Positions 1 through 12,450 of a DNA stretch of 64,000 bases are shown in pieces; the first letter of the stretch is position 1; each line of letters opens with the position of its first letter. The position numbers and the translations under genes are program-made. Source of the DNA: Octopus bimaculoides (lineage: Eukaryota); the NCBI RefSeq assembly GCF_001194135.2, contig NC_069002.1, positions 14,560,577-14,624,576 of the forward strand. The letters are read 5' to 3'. The notes beneath the pieces are model-generated. The model did no database searches. It had not been told where the DNA came from and was given only the letters and a program-made list of their open reading frames with translations.

Positions 1-790
1 ATATATATATATATATATATATATAATGGAAGAAAAACGCAATGGAGAACAATAAAACATTCGGACAGAGAGACGATACAAATGCAGACAAGAGAAACAA
101 CAATTAGAAGGACATGCAAAAGAAGACGAGTGATTGGGGCCTTCTTTCCTCAGTCAAGTTACCAGAAGTCCTTACTGTTTCTTGCAAATACACTTGAGAC
201 AGTTCGGTCTGGTTGCTTCCAAAAATATGTAAGCTAAGAGCATTAGATTTTTTTTTAAGGAAGCTACCGAACGTGTATGACAACAAAGACGGAAAATGGA
301 GAACATGGTACACAATTACAAATACAATCAACAAGAATATAACAAGAGGTGTCTTTCGACTGAGGACAAATCAAATTGAGCTGGCTTGTATGAAGTGAAA
401 GCCTAAAAGCAGGAACATAGGAGATGGACATAAGAGGTGTTGGCGGTCGGCAGTCGGGCCAAGAAAGAAAGATCATGGCTGTCCGGACATCGGTCACGTA
501 GAAGGAGGAGAGAGGGGTTGAGGGCAGTGGGATTGAAAGATTAGAGAAAGTCAGAGACAAAGAAAGCTACAAGGGAGATAAATTGTTATAAAGCTTTCAA
601 AAACGCATTCTGATATAACTGGCTAACACCACATTGAAATTTTGTTTAATAGCCGAAAAACAACTTGGAAATTGCGTCATACATGCAGTAATCGCGTCTA
701 TCGGGTGTTTAAACGATGTCTATACTATAAATAATGTCCATATCAGTAATTGCAGTATGACATGCAAAAACTTGTTAATTCATATTAACA

Positions 791-856
791 GCTTGAGTGG
801 CATGAGTCAGCAAGAGAGGAAAAACGGTCATCTTTCGTTTCAAGACGAAGGTGTTG
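791..856 (+). mobile_element. Short internal fragment of the same mariner family as 1344-2563 and 51437-52169
   Basis: gagtcagcaagagaggaaaaacggtcatctttcgtttcaagacgaaggtgttg aligns by eye to 51725-51790 (aagtcagtgctagaataaaaatgaccatctttggtttcaagacgaaaggtgttc). Confidence 0.6.
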
Positions 857-1343
857 TTTGCTATAAGACGAGAAGTATCTAGCTGTAGTTAGTTGACAGG
901 ATCGCTGAAAGAAAGGGGCGGTAATTGACAAGGAGGTTGATACATAGGGGAGGTAATTCAAATAATTAGGATTCATTTGAAGAAAAAGTTATACGTTGAA
1001 AAGTATCAGATATTTATCAACAGAGAAGATGAGGACAATGTACATGTTTCAGTTTTATGACACATCTTCGACGAATAATAGAAATTTTATTTCCGCGTCA
1101 AACGGTAAAATATAAATTACATTGTCTTTCAAATTAGAAGAGTAAATAGTGTGTGAAATTCATCAAACTTTGAAATTTTCTTTCCGGAACTTCTCTGACA
1201 GTTGTTGCCAATTATTCCTTTCAGTTAACAATTGATTGTTGCAAGTGTGACGCTTTTCCAATATCTGATTTGCCTACAAGTCGTATTTCTAGCTAGAGCT
1301 AAACAATCGTATATCCTTTTGTTTGACAATCATTTTCTTTGCA

Positions 1344-2563
1344 TTGGGTCATCCCATAAATAATGCGTTTTTTATACTTCTTTTATTTTTCAAAATTAAG
1401 ATAGACAAAGTTCTTTTTTAATGTAAAATATACTCTCTTTCATTTTCTGCAATGCTCTTCCATCTATCTGGTAGACTTGCAAGGCCCCTCTTCCAACATT
1501 CACTTGTCTGTGACGAAAAATACACCGCCAGTACTATTCTGACCTCGTCTACAAAATTCATATTTTTTCCGTCCAAATAATTTCCGTCCAAATGCGGGAT
1601 AAATGATAATGAGATGGGGCGAATATGCTGGGTGGGGCATCGTTTCCCATTCTAACTGCTCCAGCATTTGGAATGTCACCCCCCATTGTATATGGCCGAG
1701 CATTATCCTGATGGAACAACACCTTTTGTATTGAAACCAAAGATGGCCGTTTTTCTACTTGCGCTAACTCAAGCCGCTCACGCTGATTGCAGTAGGTCTC
1801 CTTTATTATCGTTTAGTGTGGGTTTAAAAGCTGAAATTCGACTAAACCTACCATATCCCGTCAAACAGGTTACAACACCTTACGTGGGTGAAGATCTTCT
1901 TTAACCTGGGGTGCTATTGTTCCTCCTTTCCGTACCCACTGTCTTTGGCGCTTGATATTTTTATAGAGAACCCATTTCTCAACACACATTTACCCTCTGC
2001 GAGTGATTAGACTTGGTGAGTTTGTGAGGAACCCATTGACCGAAATTGCTGATTCTTCCGATGGTATGCAAGTGTCGATGGATGGTTGCATGACCAGATC
2101 TAAACTTCTCTGCTTGTCTCTCAAGAGTTACGATGAGATTTTGTTCCACCGGGGTTTGTAGGACGTCCTCACCAAGTTCTACAGATATTCCAGAGAGAGG
2201 CTCGTATTTTAGGCTGTAGTTTGGGGCTCGGATTTTCTGGAACCACCGTTGACACTGGTTTACACTTATTGTCCGATCCACATATACTGCATTAATATTC
2301 CTCGCACTTTCCGTTGCGTTGTTACCTTTATTGCACTCATAAAGCAAAATATGCCGAAAATGCTCCTTTGTCACTTCCATTATAGCTTTGAAAAAATTAC
2401 TGTTAAAATCGAACTGCACTCTTCAAAACTTGCACTAATAATAACGACAAGGTAAAATCCCTACCTGCGTTTATAGCTTGTTGATACATGTTGTTTATCC
2501 CGTCCCTCTCTGATTTTAGTTTATACAAATGAAAAAAAACGGATTATTTATGGGATGTCCCAG
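1344..2563 (-). mobile_element. Mariner DNA transposon with both TIRs (~1.2 kb), defective
   Basis: Left TIR ttgggtcatcccataaataatgcgttttt (from 1344) matches right TIR aaaaacggattatttatgggatgtcccag (ends 2563, followed by TA). Transposase motifs on the minus strand. Confidence 0.93.
1480..2383 (-). pseudogene. Disrupted mariner transposase
   Basis: HTH region MEVTKEHFRHILLYE...QCQRWFQK, WVPHKL (WVPHEL motif), EKWVLYKN, HQDNARP and HPAYSPHL (YSPDL motif). Frameshifts, and a deletion removing the first catalytic Asp. Confidence 0.9.
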
Positions 2564-2896
2564 TATATTTGTCATGTTTCCACCATTAATTAAAGACTTG
2601 CACCTCGGAAAACGTGTAACTCCGGTTTTATTTTCGGGGAAGTCTTTATACGTATGTGTGTGTGTATGTATTCTTGTATGTATGCTTGTATGCATGTTTG
2701 TGTGTATAGAAGTGTGTATTTATGTATACATGTATGTGTGTGTGCATGTTCATACACATTCATCCATATATTCACGCACAAACACACACATTCTTCATTT
2801 AATTATACATAGTTTTATGTATTGATGTACACACACATACACTCATATGCATACATATGCTCATGCAGGATCTCGTACATACGTGTATCTGTATGC

Positions 2897-2962
2897 CTGC
2901 ATGCATGCATACATACATACATACATACATACATACATACATACATACATACATACATACAT
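2897..2962. repeat. (CATA)n microsatellite
   Basis: Direct reading. Confidence 0.95.
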
Positions 2963-3545
2963 GTTACTTACATAGGTACATACATATATCCATCCATCCA
3001 GACACATACATACACAAACACTAATACACACATTTTCGAACCTGAAAACAATCTACTAATTATTTCGGCCGACGGGTCTTTTGTATAATTGTTATGCCTC
3101 AGGCCACTGCTATCTAGCACCTTCGGATGATCTGTATTCAACCGCTACTCAACTGTCAGTCCACCGTCCGTCAACACCTACTACGGTCAGACTACCTCTA
3201 TTTATATGTCTTGGTTGAGCCTACTTCTTCGCTTGGGGGCGTCGACACAGCAATAATACACGAAACACGAGCATCAGAGCAACTACTAATATATACCTCG
3301 TAAAGCAAGGTATATATTGTACATCCTTAAACTGAGTGATCTTCAAATTTGCAAACCAAACTGAAGTTGTCAAAAATATTGAAGGGAGCGTACATCATGA
3401 AACTGTAACACTAACGTGATTAGTAGGATGGCTAGTGTGGCGTTTCAAGGAAATTTAATTAATTATAATTGCATTCTCGGTAATGAGGATTAATAGTTAC
3501 ACTGGAGGTGTAATTTCAATTTAAATACCTCAGCTAACTGTAATT

Positions 3546-3748
3546 CTTTCTATTCTACGCACAAGGCCAGCAATTTCGGGCGAAGGAGTAAGACGATTAC
3601 ATCGACTCCAGTACTCAACTGGTACTCATTTTATCGACCCCAAAAAGATTAAGACAAAGTCAACCTCGAAAGAATTTGAACTCAGTTCATAAAAACTGAT
3701 TAAATGCCGCTAAGTATTTTTACTGGAGTTCGAACGATTCTGCTTGCT
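3546..3748 (-). mobile_element. tRNA-derived SINE, family S1 (core ctttcatcctttcggggtcgataaa-like)
   Basis: Minus strand has B-box-like gagttcaaattc followed by gttgactttgtcttaatctttttggggtcgataaaatgagtaccagttgagtactggagtcgatgtaatcg. Homologous to 48468-48678 and 62950-63085. Confidence 0.8.
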
Positions 3749-4606
3749 CTAAGTATATTAAACGGGGGGTGCACCAGTACTAAAATCACGCGTTCATCGA
3801 AGAGTGGGAGGGGCGACCTTGTTATACGACCTCAGTTTTTAATCATGTAAGACATGACCCCAAAATCATTGTACAACGTTGCTGTTATGACTGGAATATA
3901 AACGTCTCTCGCTGATGAGGTCTAATATGACGGAAAACTACTTCGTATTTGATTAATTAATTTTTACCATCTAAGATTTCAGGATTGTTTGCTCACAACG
4001 TTCGTGGGTTGAATTATTGAATTAATGATTTTAATCATTCCCCAGAGATATAATCTTAATTAGTGTTTAATGAGCATGAGTGTTCGTGCGTATTTTTGTC
4101 TGTCGGTGATCAGCAGTGCCGTTGTTATGATAATGCTTGCACTTCTATATAGTTATGTGAACATGACCACAACTCCACATCATCCATTCCCTTTGTACAT
4201 TTTTATATTGTCATTTCTGTGTGTCATATTTTTTTCTACAGATGTGGAGACGGTAGTAAGTGTGTGCTTGTGTGAATGGAAGTATGGACCGTTATATATA
4301 TATATATACGTACACATTATACGTGTACTTATACATTATATGTGTACGTATGTATGTGTGTATGTGTATGCGTGTGTGTTGTGCATGCATGCGTGTGGGT
4401 GTGTTAGTGTGTTGGTGTATAAATAGACGCCAATCTAGAGACGTATACTTTTACATGTGAGAAGATATAATAAGAAACCTTATTTGGTGGCAGTCAATTA
4501 TCTCTTCTCTTGTCATAACATCAATGAAACCTTTGAAAAAACCACATCTTGTATATATGTGTACATTATGTGTGGGTGTGTAGGAATATGTAACCTAGAC
4601 AATTAT

Positions 4607-4652
<46 letters not shown>

Positions 4653-4858
4653 GTGTATTCATATATACACACGTATATTCTTATATATATATATATATAT
4701 GTGTGTATGTATGTATGTGTCTCGTGTATGTATGTGTGCGTGTGTGTGTGTGTGTCTTCATTATGTGTACGTTTGCAATCTATGCAACATATACACGTAT
4801 CTATCTATCTATACATCTATCTATCTTTCTGTCACTCTCTCTCTCTCTCTCTCTCTCT

Positions 4859-4895
<37 letters not shown>

Positions 4896-4979
4896 TATAT
4901 ATATATATCGTACAATAATTCCTCTAGATTATATACTATGTTATTTTTATATACATGTATTGAATTCATTATATGCGTG

Positions 4980-5040
<61 letters not shown>
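4607..5040. repeat. Compound (TA)n/(TG)n/(CT)n/(CA)n microsatellite cluster
   Basis: Direct reading; explains the overlapping YIYI/HTHT ORFs. Confidence 0.95.
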
Positions 5041-5940
5041 ACACACGTACTTATACATATATACACACAAACACATATATATGTATAATGTACTCACATC
5101 TATGTACATATATATATGCATGTATGTGTACGTGTGTGTGAGTGTGTGTGTATGTGTGTTTGTATTCATATATATGTATACATATGTAGCTATACATGTG
5201 CATTGCTTGTGGATAGGACTTGCACTGTAGGTGCTACAGATTTAGATTTGTTTTACTGTAATTCCAACTAATATTTAACCTTGCGCAAATCCTTTTTCTG
5301 CCAAGAATTGGCAAATCTCCAGACTCTGAGATGATGGCTGAAGAGAAAAAGTGAACATGTCTATACTGTTGTGTGGTTGCCAAAAGATTTCGATTAGAAA
5401 TACGCCGTATTCTGTATGTAATAACTGACAAAGTACGGTCATAAAAACCGCAACAAGTTACTTCACCAATCTTCAATGATAAAAGACGTAGATATCTTGT
5501 AAAATAAACATCTATCGGAGTTATTGATTTCAAACATGTGTTTCACGTCGTATATTTAGAAGAAAAAGATCTCCTGCTGTAGAGATATCACTAAATCTTG
5601 TGCTATGTAAGTTGATGTGAATGTCTATAGAAAAGAAAGAAAAATTGTAGCAATAATGTTATACATCAGAAGAAAAGACAAAAGCAAAGAAAAGATAACT
5701 CTGTTTTATTGAAGCATGAGGGAAAAAAATTACTTTTTTTTCATATATCTGGTTTCACTGTTCTTTTTGTAGTTTTTCACTTTGACATCGTGACGTTTCT
5801 ATTATTCTTTGGTAATTTCTTTGGATAAGGAAGAAAACTTCTGTTTGACAGAGATGTGTGCATCAGTGAGTGTGTGCGTGTGTGCACGCATACATACATA
5901 CATATATCTATCTATCTATCTATCTATACATACATACATA

Positions 5941-5989
<49 letters not shown>

Positions 5990-6186
5990 GAGTGAGTGGA
6001 CGAACAAAAGAAAAGGGCACTCAACACGTTCAGTAAGTGTTACATGTATTATATAAAACAGTTTCATTCAGTTCTAAGCGACCTAAAGTTTTTAACAGAG
6101 GCCTGTCTCTTTCAAAATTCTGTTAGAGGCTTGCGGAACTTTAAATCGCATAAGGCCGAATCAAATTGTTTCAAATAATATTAATA

Positions 6187-6201
6187 ATAACGACGATGAC
6201 G

Positions 6202-6265
<64 letters not shown>

Positions 6266-6303
6266 CGGCAACAACAACAGCAACAACAACAATAATAATA
6301 ATA
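6187..6303. repeat. (AAC)n/(AAT)n compound trinucleotide array
   Basis: Direct reading. Confidence 0.95.
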
Positions 6304-6456
6304 TATATACATATATTCATACAAATATGTATACATATATGTGAACATCCTTTTTATAGAACCGCGATCTGAAAAACAAATTGGTTTCCACACACGCTCA
6401 CACACGCACACGCACGTTTGTACGTATGTATGTATGTATGTATGTATGTATGTATG

Positions 6457-7025
6457 TCTCTTCTATTTTTAATTATTATAAATCTTCCACTGAAGAGGGA
6501 GCCGGTTTCCAACAAAGATACAAGGCTCCATCTATGGGATGTTATTAACAGAGAAAAATTCACATGTGGAACGTGAAAAAAGTCTTCCATGTTTTTACTG
6601 TCCCACTTACAAATTAGACTTGTAATGTACGAATCAGCCGGTCAGTTTCTCTTTCTGAAAATCCCAGTTTATCCAGATTTCCTTTAAGCATTTACTAACA
6701 AAACCCAGTGCTCCAATTATTATTGGTATAAATATGAATTATAGTCTGGATATAGAAGTTGGAGTTTTCGAAGCCGTTGTCCATAGATATCCTATATTTC
6801 TTTGATTTTCAAAGCGATATTTCCATCTGCAAGGCAGCTAACCTCTTTGATGGTTCGGCTACGCATATCCTGCAGCGCTTCGTTCCATTTATGTACGGAC
6901 TCAGAGGTGGAGGATTTTCTATGATATCGAGTATGGAATTCTGTCTTCCTTCAGTTGCCAGATATGGCTGACCATATCTCCTTTCCGTTCCGGGACCCAG
7001 AAGGAAGAATTATGGTTGGAGACAC
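6457..7025 (-). mobile_element. 3' fragment of an RLE-type (R4/Dong-like) non-LTR retrotransposon, subfamily A, ending in (CATA)n
   Basis: Minus frames give ...KRCRIC..., KEVSCLADGNIALKIKEI*DIYGQRLRKLQLLYPDY, IIIGALGFV and LGFSERETDRLIRTLQV, homologous to the 40179-40490 ORF. The 3' UTR abuts the (TATG)n array at 6425-6456. Confidence 0.8.
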
Positions 7026-7145
7026 GTTTCTATATATATATATATATAGTTACGGAAACGTGAAGACAACACCGTTTCTCAAGCGGTGGTGGGGATCCCA
7101 GACAACTCCCCCCCACATACACACGCACACATGTATGTAAATATT

Positions 7146-7295
7146 CGAAGGGCTTCTTTCCTTGCCCATCTACCATATCCACTCACAAAGCTTTGGTTGG
7201 CCCGGGGCTATAATAGAAAAAACATGCCCAAGTTCCCTCGCAGTGGGACTGAACTCGAACAAACAAGCTTCTTACCACACAGTCGCGCCTGCGCC
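7146..7295 (-). mobile_element. tRNA-derived CORE-type SINE, family S2, 5' half
   Basis: Matches 43186-43348 (ccactcacaaagctttggttggcccggggctata ... gcagtgggactgaac). Confidence 0.85.
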
Positions 7296-7327
7296 TACAT
7301 ATACATATTAATAAAGGGACAAAGAGG

Positions 7328-7330
<3 letters not shown>

Positions 7331-7389
<59 letters not shown>
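7331..7389. repeat. (GA)n microsatellite
   Basis: Direct reading. Confidence 0.95.
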
Positions 7390-7394
<5 letters not shown>

Positions 7395-8120
7395 GGAAGT
7401 AATGGTTGAGTGAGAAATCTAATACGATAACCGAATAAATTGATATGAATTGATTATTTGCATGTTTAAAATTTTATTGTTTAATTATTTGTTTTCCTTT
7501 AAATTTGATGTCCGACATAGCTTCAGTTTACGATAGATTAACTTTAAACTATATCCTAACTTTTCACATTTTAACAAATATCAACAATGAATATATATAC
7601 ATATTGCTATTGGATTTAATTAAAATCTGCCGAATTGTTAACGGCCGTAAATCAATTATCAGTGATAATTAGAATCATGTGATGACATTTTTATATTGTT
7701 TAACTAGATTTCATATCCGTAATGTCTGAAGTCATATCCGCTATTTCTAATTAGTTTACAATTTGGAAAACATGCGTGCATGTCAACATTCATAGGATTT
7801 CTTCTTCCTACATTTGAGTCGCGCCTGCTCGTTTCTGTATGCATACATATACACACAAGAATACACTGACATACACATATGTATATCTATTTATACAAAC
7901 ATATATACAGATACATTCATACTTATATTCATATGTGTGTGTGTGTATGTGTGTGTATAGTTGCAATAAGGTGGAATGTGGAAGAGGTCCGCTTTCCTTC
8001 GGTGAGGCCAGAAGTTCAATCCCACTGCGCAGCAACTTGAATAAGTCACATTTTTCTTTAACTTCAGACCAATTTAACTTCAGACCAGGTAAAAAGGAAC
8101 ACGCACGCACGGACGCACGG

Positions 8121-8169
<49 letters not shown>

Positions 8170-8185
8170 AACACACGTACATACG

Positions 8186-8228
<43 letters not shown>

Positions 8229-8646
8229 AAATACACATACACATACATACACACACAAACACACCTGAAGAGAAAGTCTAAGAATGTAATTGGAGTCCTT
8301 CGAAGTTTTGTTTGCATCTACTTAACCATTTCTACAATTCCGTGACTTTTGAATGTAATGTTACGTGGAAGGTTCTGGAGATGGGCTATATTGTTTTTAG
8401 ATTGATTCAGTTACATTTTAGGGAGATATTATGGTCTAAATTGCCATCAAACGTTGTACAAATTGGTTGGTTACAAAACAAAAGAAAAAAACAAACAAAA
8501 TGGACACGTGATAGAAAAATATCAAATGGCAGTCCTTGTTTGTTTTTCTCTTGTGTTGTCTTTTATAATGGTGTCCAATGTTATAGAACGTGTGCGCGTG
8601 CGTGCGATCTGTGTGTGACAGGGAATGATAGGATAAGGTATATATA

Positions 8647-9881
8647 CGGAGTGTCCCAGAAAGATTTACTCATGTTTAAAACTCTTCCTAAAGAATTTCG
8701 GTTCAGGTAATATCATTTACATTTTACATAAAGATTTGCATGTCTTTTGTTCATGTCTGTATTGTTTCGTTCGTCTTTAACAGGTTTGTAAACAAGACGG
8801 GACCAGATTGTCGCTTCGAAAACAGCTGGAGTGAGCAACACAGACATAACAAAATAGTTGAATGTGTGCCGTAAAACAGTGTTCAATACCTGGAAATGAT
8901 ATACGGAGTCCGCTACAACCTCTAGCAAACCAATTCCTGGTAGAAAACGACCAATTCATACCAAACAAACTGTTGAAGGTGTGACGAAGCGAATGAACCG
9001 AAAGACCAACAGGAGTGCCAGAAAAACAACAAAATCTCTTGATATTTCGAAATCGTTAATGAGAATTTAAAGCTAACAGCAAACAAGAAACAATTTCGGC
9101 AGTTAATTTCAGCAGCTTCCAAGAAGAAACGTCTCGACGGGGATATAAAACATGTTAACTGAGATGTAACGCGCCGCTAACAAAGAGTTCGTTTACTCCG
9201 AAGAGAAGATCATCGTGGAGGCAGAATAACAGGCTTTATACCGCGTAAACCAGGAGACTCGCCCGAAGGTAGCGAGAGTCATTTACGCCATCAGAATCCA
9301 GCTTCACTCTTGATGTGGGCTGCAGTTGCATCTGATGGGTCCAAGTCTGTCTTGATCTTCATCGATGCTTTCGTCAAGGTCAACAATGAAGTTCATGTGG
9401 AAATGTCAAATGAGAAAGTATTACTCTGAGTCACAGAAACCTTTGGTGACCGTTAAATTCTTCGCTCAAGACTGGGCTCTTGCCCACACATCCAATTTGA
9501 TACAGAAGTAGTGCAAAGATTATTTCAGCGGATTTTGGGTCAAAAGACTATTGTCACCCCGAAGTCCAGTCATCAATCCTATGGACTTTGCTGTCTGGTC
9601 CATCTTAGAGACTAATGCTTCTGCTCACTCCTATTCAAATGTGTCAGATCTGAAGAAAGCCCTTCTGTCTTCATGGGTAAAGTTGGATGAAGGTGTGACG
9701 AACTTAATGATCACTCATTTGCAGGCTATGATCATAGCGAGAGGCAGTCATTTTGAAATGTAATTACTGCAATGGATTGACAATTTAAATTAGAACGTGT
9801 GTACCAAATTTTATTATCCTACCTTAAGTTTATTTTGAATAATTAAGAAATATCAATGGGAAATCTTTCTGGAACACCCTG
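8647..9881 (+). mobile_element. Tc1/mariner-superfamily DD37D (maT-type) transposon with both TIRs, defective
   Basis: Left TA|cggagtgtcccagaaagattt; reverse complement of the right end cagggtgttccagaaagattt. Transposase remnants GVSNTDITK*LNVCRKTVFN, MWAAVASDG, QDWALAHTS...SPRSPVINPMDFAVWSILE, with 37 residues between the second and third Asp (counted through one in-frame stop). Confidence 0.9.
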
Positions 9882-10169
9882 TGTATATACACGTGTGTGT
9901 GTGAGTTTGTATATGTGTGACGAAAGGATAGAATGTGTGTGGAACGAAGAATAGAGTAGGATGTGTGTGTGTGTGCATGTGTGTGTGTGTGTATGTGCTT
10001 GTGCGTGTTGTGTGTTGCACATAGACGAGATTTTTGGATTGGCAGCACTATATTCCAACAAGTGATTTGCTATCACCTATAATTGGAACATTCTTGGCTG
10101 AACGGTGAATTAGTCTGTACTTGTTACTGGGCTGGTGCAGCGTATCATGCTGTTGTTGGGACAGATCTG

Positions 10170-10352
10170 CAGTTAATTACATCGAACCCAATGATTGAAT
10201 AGTGAATTATTTTATCGATTGAAACCACATAAAAGGGAAAAGGTGACCTGAAATTGAGCGAGATTTCACGTCAGAATGAATGTAAAGAGACGCAATAAAT
10301 ACGGCAAGACATTTGTCTGCCCGATGCTCTAACGATTCTGCCAATCCACCAC
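10170..10352 (-). mobile_element. Degenerate SINE S1
   Basis: ttacatcgaaccca...ttttatcgat...ctaacgattctgccaatccaccacct resembles 3546-3748 and 62950-63085. Confidence 0.55.
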
Positions 10353-10482
10353 CTTTATCGATTGTCAGAATAATTCTACAGACGTATTGATTGTAGCGAG
10401 ACAGACACGAGACGCGTTACAAGTTGCAGACTATCGACTGAATTAAATAAAGAATACATGCAAGTATCGATGGAGTAAACGA

Positions 10483-10606
10483 AAGAAGAAGAAGAAGAAG
10501 AAGAAGAAGAAGAAGAAGAAGAAGAAGAAGAAGAAGAAGAAGAAGAAGAAGAAGAAGAAGAAGAAGAAGAAGAAGAAGAAGAAGAAGAAGAAGAAGAAGA
10601 AGAAGA
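10483..10606. repeat. (AAG)n array, ~41 units
   Basis: Direct reading. Confidence 0.97.
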
Positions 10607-11384
10607 AATGTGATATATCTAAATGGAAGTATTGTTTGGTGCTGGGATACTTAGTCGAGTGTCAAATATAATTCTTGTGTTATTGTTGTTGTTGTCGGTG
10701 GTGGTGGTGGTGGTTAGTCTTTATTAGATTCTGCTGCACTGTTTGGTAAGGTTAGGTTGTTAGAGAAAGCGGAAACCAGCATTTCGTTCATATCGCCATA
10801 ATGGAATATAAGTGTATTAATGTTGATTACGTTCATATCTCAAGAAGGTTACTATAATTGAGTTTATACAGAGAAACATACACACACGCACACACACACA
10901 CACGCATACACACACACACACCCACTCAAACAAGATAACAAACGCAATCACATGTAGACACACCACATAGACACATACACACGGGATATCTCGATACGTC
11001 TCTGCGTATATACATGTGTGTTCGGCCTATTCAAAGAGTATATTAATATTAATATATATNNNNNNNNNNNNNNNNNNNNNNNNNNNNNNNNNNNNNNNNN
11101 NNNNNNNNNNNNNNNNNNNNNNNNNNNNNNNNNNNNNNNNNNNNNNNNNNNNNNNNNNNNNNNNNNNNNNNNNNNNNNNNNTATATATATCTGTATTAAT
11201 GTTTGTTTTTATGTCCAGTTATAATGAAAACAATTTTACATTAATCTGAAAAGTTACTCCATACTTTTGTTCAGCACAAATTTATTATTCTTCAACAAGA
11301 ATAATACTTTCCGATGACGAGTTAGCTGGCCGAAATTTTGAAATCGCTGTCAATACTGTTATTGTTAAAGAACATTAAAATAAT

Positions 11385-11592
11385 GCGTGGCTGTGTAGTA
11401 AGAAGCTTGCTTTACAACTACATGGTCCCAGGTTCAGTCCCACTATATGACACGTTGGACAAGTGTATTCTATTATAGCCTTGGGCTGACCAAAGAATAA
11501 GTCCTGGGGTCGATTTCGGCGACTAAAACCCATTAAGGTGGTGTTCCGGCATGGTCGCAGTCAAATGACTGAAACAAGTAACAGAATAAAAG
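11385..11592 (+). mobile_element. SINE S2 with internal deletion
   Basis: Head gtggctgtgtagtaagaagcttgc...caggttcagtcccact, CORE-like ttggacaagtgtattc, then a jump at caaag to the tail aataagtcctggggtcgatt...cagtcaaatgactgaaacaagt. Confidence 0.85.
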
Positions 11593-11611
11593 AATATATA
11601 TATATATGTGC

Positions 11612-11701
<90 letters not shown>

Positions 11702-11839
11702 GTGTGTGTGTGTGTGTGTGTGTGAAAATGTCAAACATGTTAACTAACCTAAAGTTCATATCTATCTATGTGTCTGTGTGTATGCGCAGACACATAGATT
11801 ATGCTATATACATATGTATTACATATCACACACACACTT

Positions 11840-12450
11840 GTAAAATTAATATAAACAGCAGTTTGAGATGTTTCACCAAAATGAAATATTATAACTGTCA
11901 CTAAATATAAGTAAGGTGTTACGAAAGGCCTACATTGCTAAAAATAAGAGCTAAGTCGCTCTTGTGCTGTAGTTAACGCACATGAATGAAAACACATGCA
12001 CTAACAGGGACAATAATTGTCCAAAAAGTGCCGATCGAGAATTCTTAATAATGACGTCAGATTTGGCAGTTTCCGTTGCTTCATCAGTTAAGCCCTTTCG
12101 ATTGTTCGGCTGTTTTTGGACTCGCTTCGCTATTAGTATTTATGTTATCGTCATACAAATTAATGGATGATTTAGCGGTTTGTTAATGTGCATATATAAA
12201 ATTAAGATAAAAAGTAGTTTGCAATGTTCCACCAAAAAAAGAGAATTATAATTGTCACTAAATGTAACTATGGTGTTAGAAAACACCTACATTGCTAGAA
12301 ATAAGATCTAAATTACTCTAATGCTGTAGTTGAAGCACATAAATGAAAGCATACAATAACAGTGACTATAATCGTCCGAAAACTGCCGATCGAGAATACT
12401 TAGTACTGACGTTAGTTTCAGCAATTTCCGTTGCCTCATAAGTTACGTCC
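11840..12450. repeat. Diverged direct duplication, two units of ~255 bp with a period of ~355 bp
   Basis: 11840-12095 vs 12195-12450 share ctgtcactaaat, cctacattgcta, tgctgtagtt, tgccgatcgagaat and tttccgttgc in collinear order. Confidence 0.85.

Noticed and set aside
27-590. Purine-rich stretch possibly from a PLE or LINE ORF N-terminus
   Set aside because: No diagnostic motif in a sustained frame; cannot be classified without a search.
5340-5445. LYCCVVAKRFRLEIRRIL resembling GPCR helix 8
   Set aside because: Stop codons on both sides, no NPxxY motif, no acceptor site; probably chance.
7615-7672. Cluster of homeodomain/Pbx-Hox-like sites (tgatttacg on minus)
   Set aside because: Short AT-rich motifs are expected by chance; conservation data would be needed.
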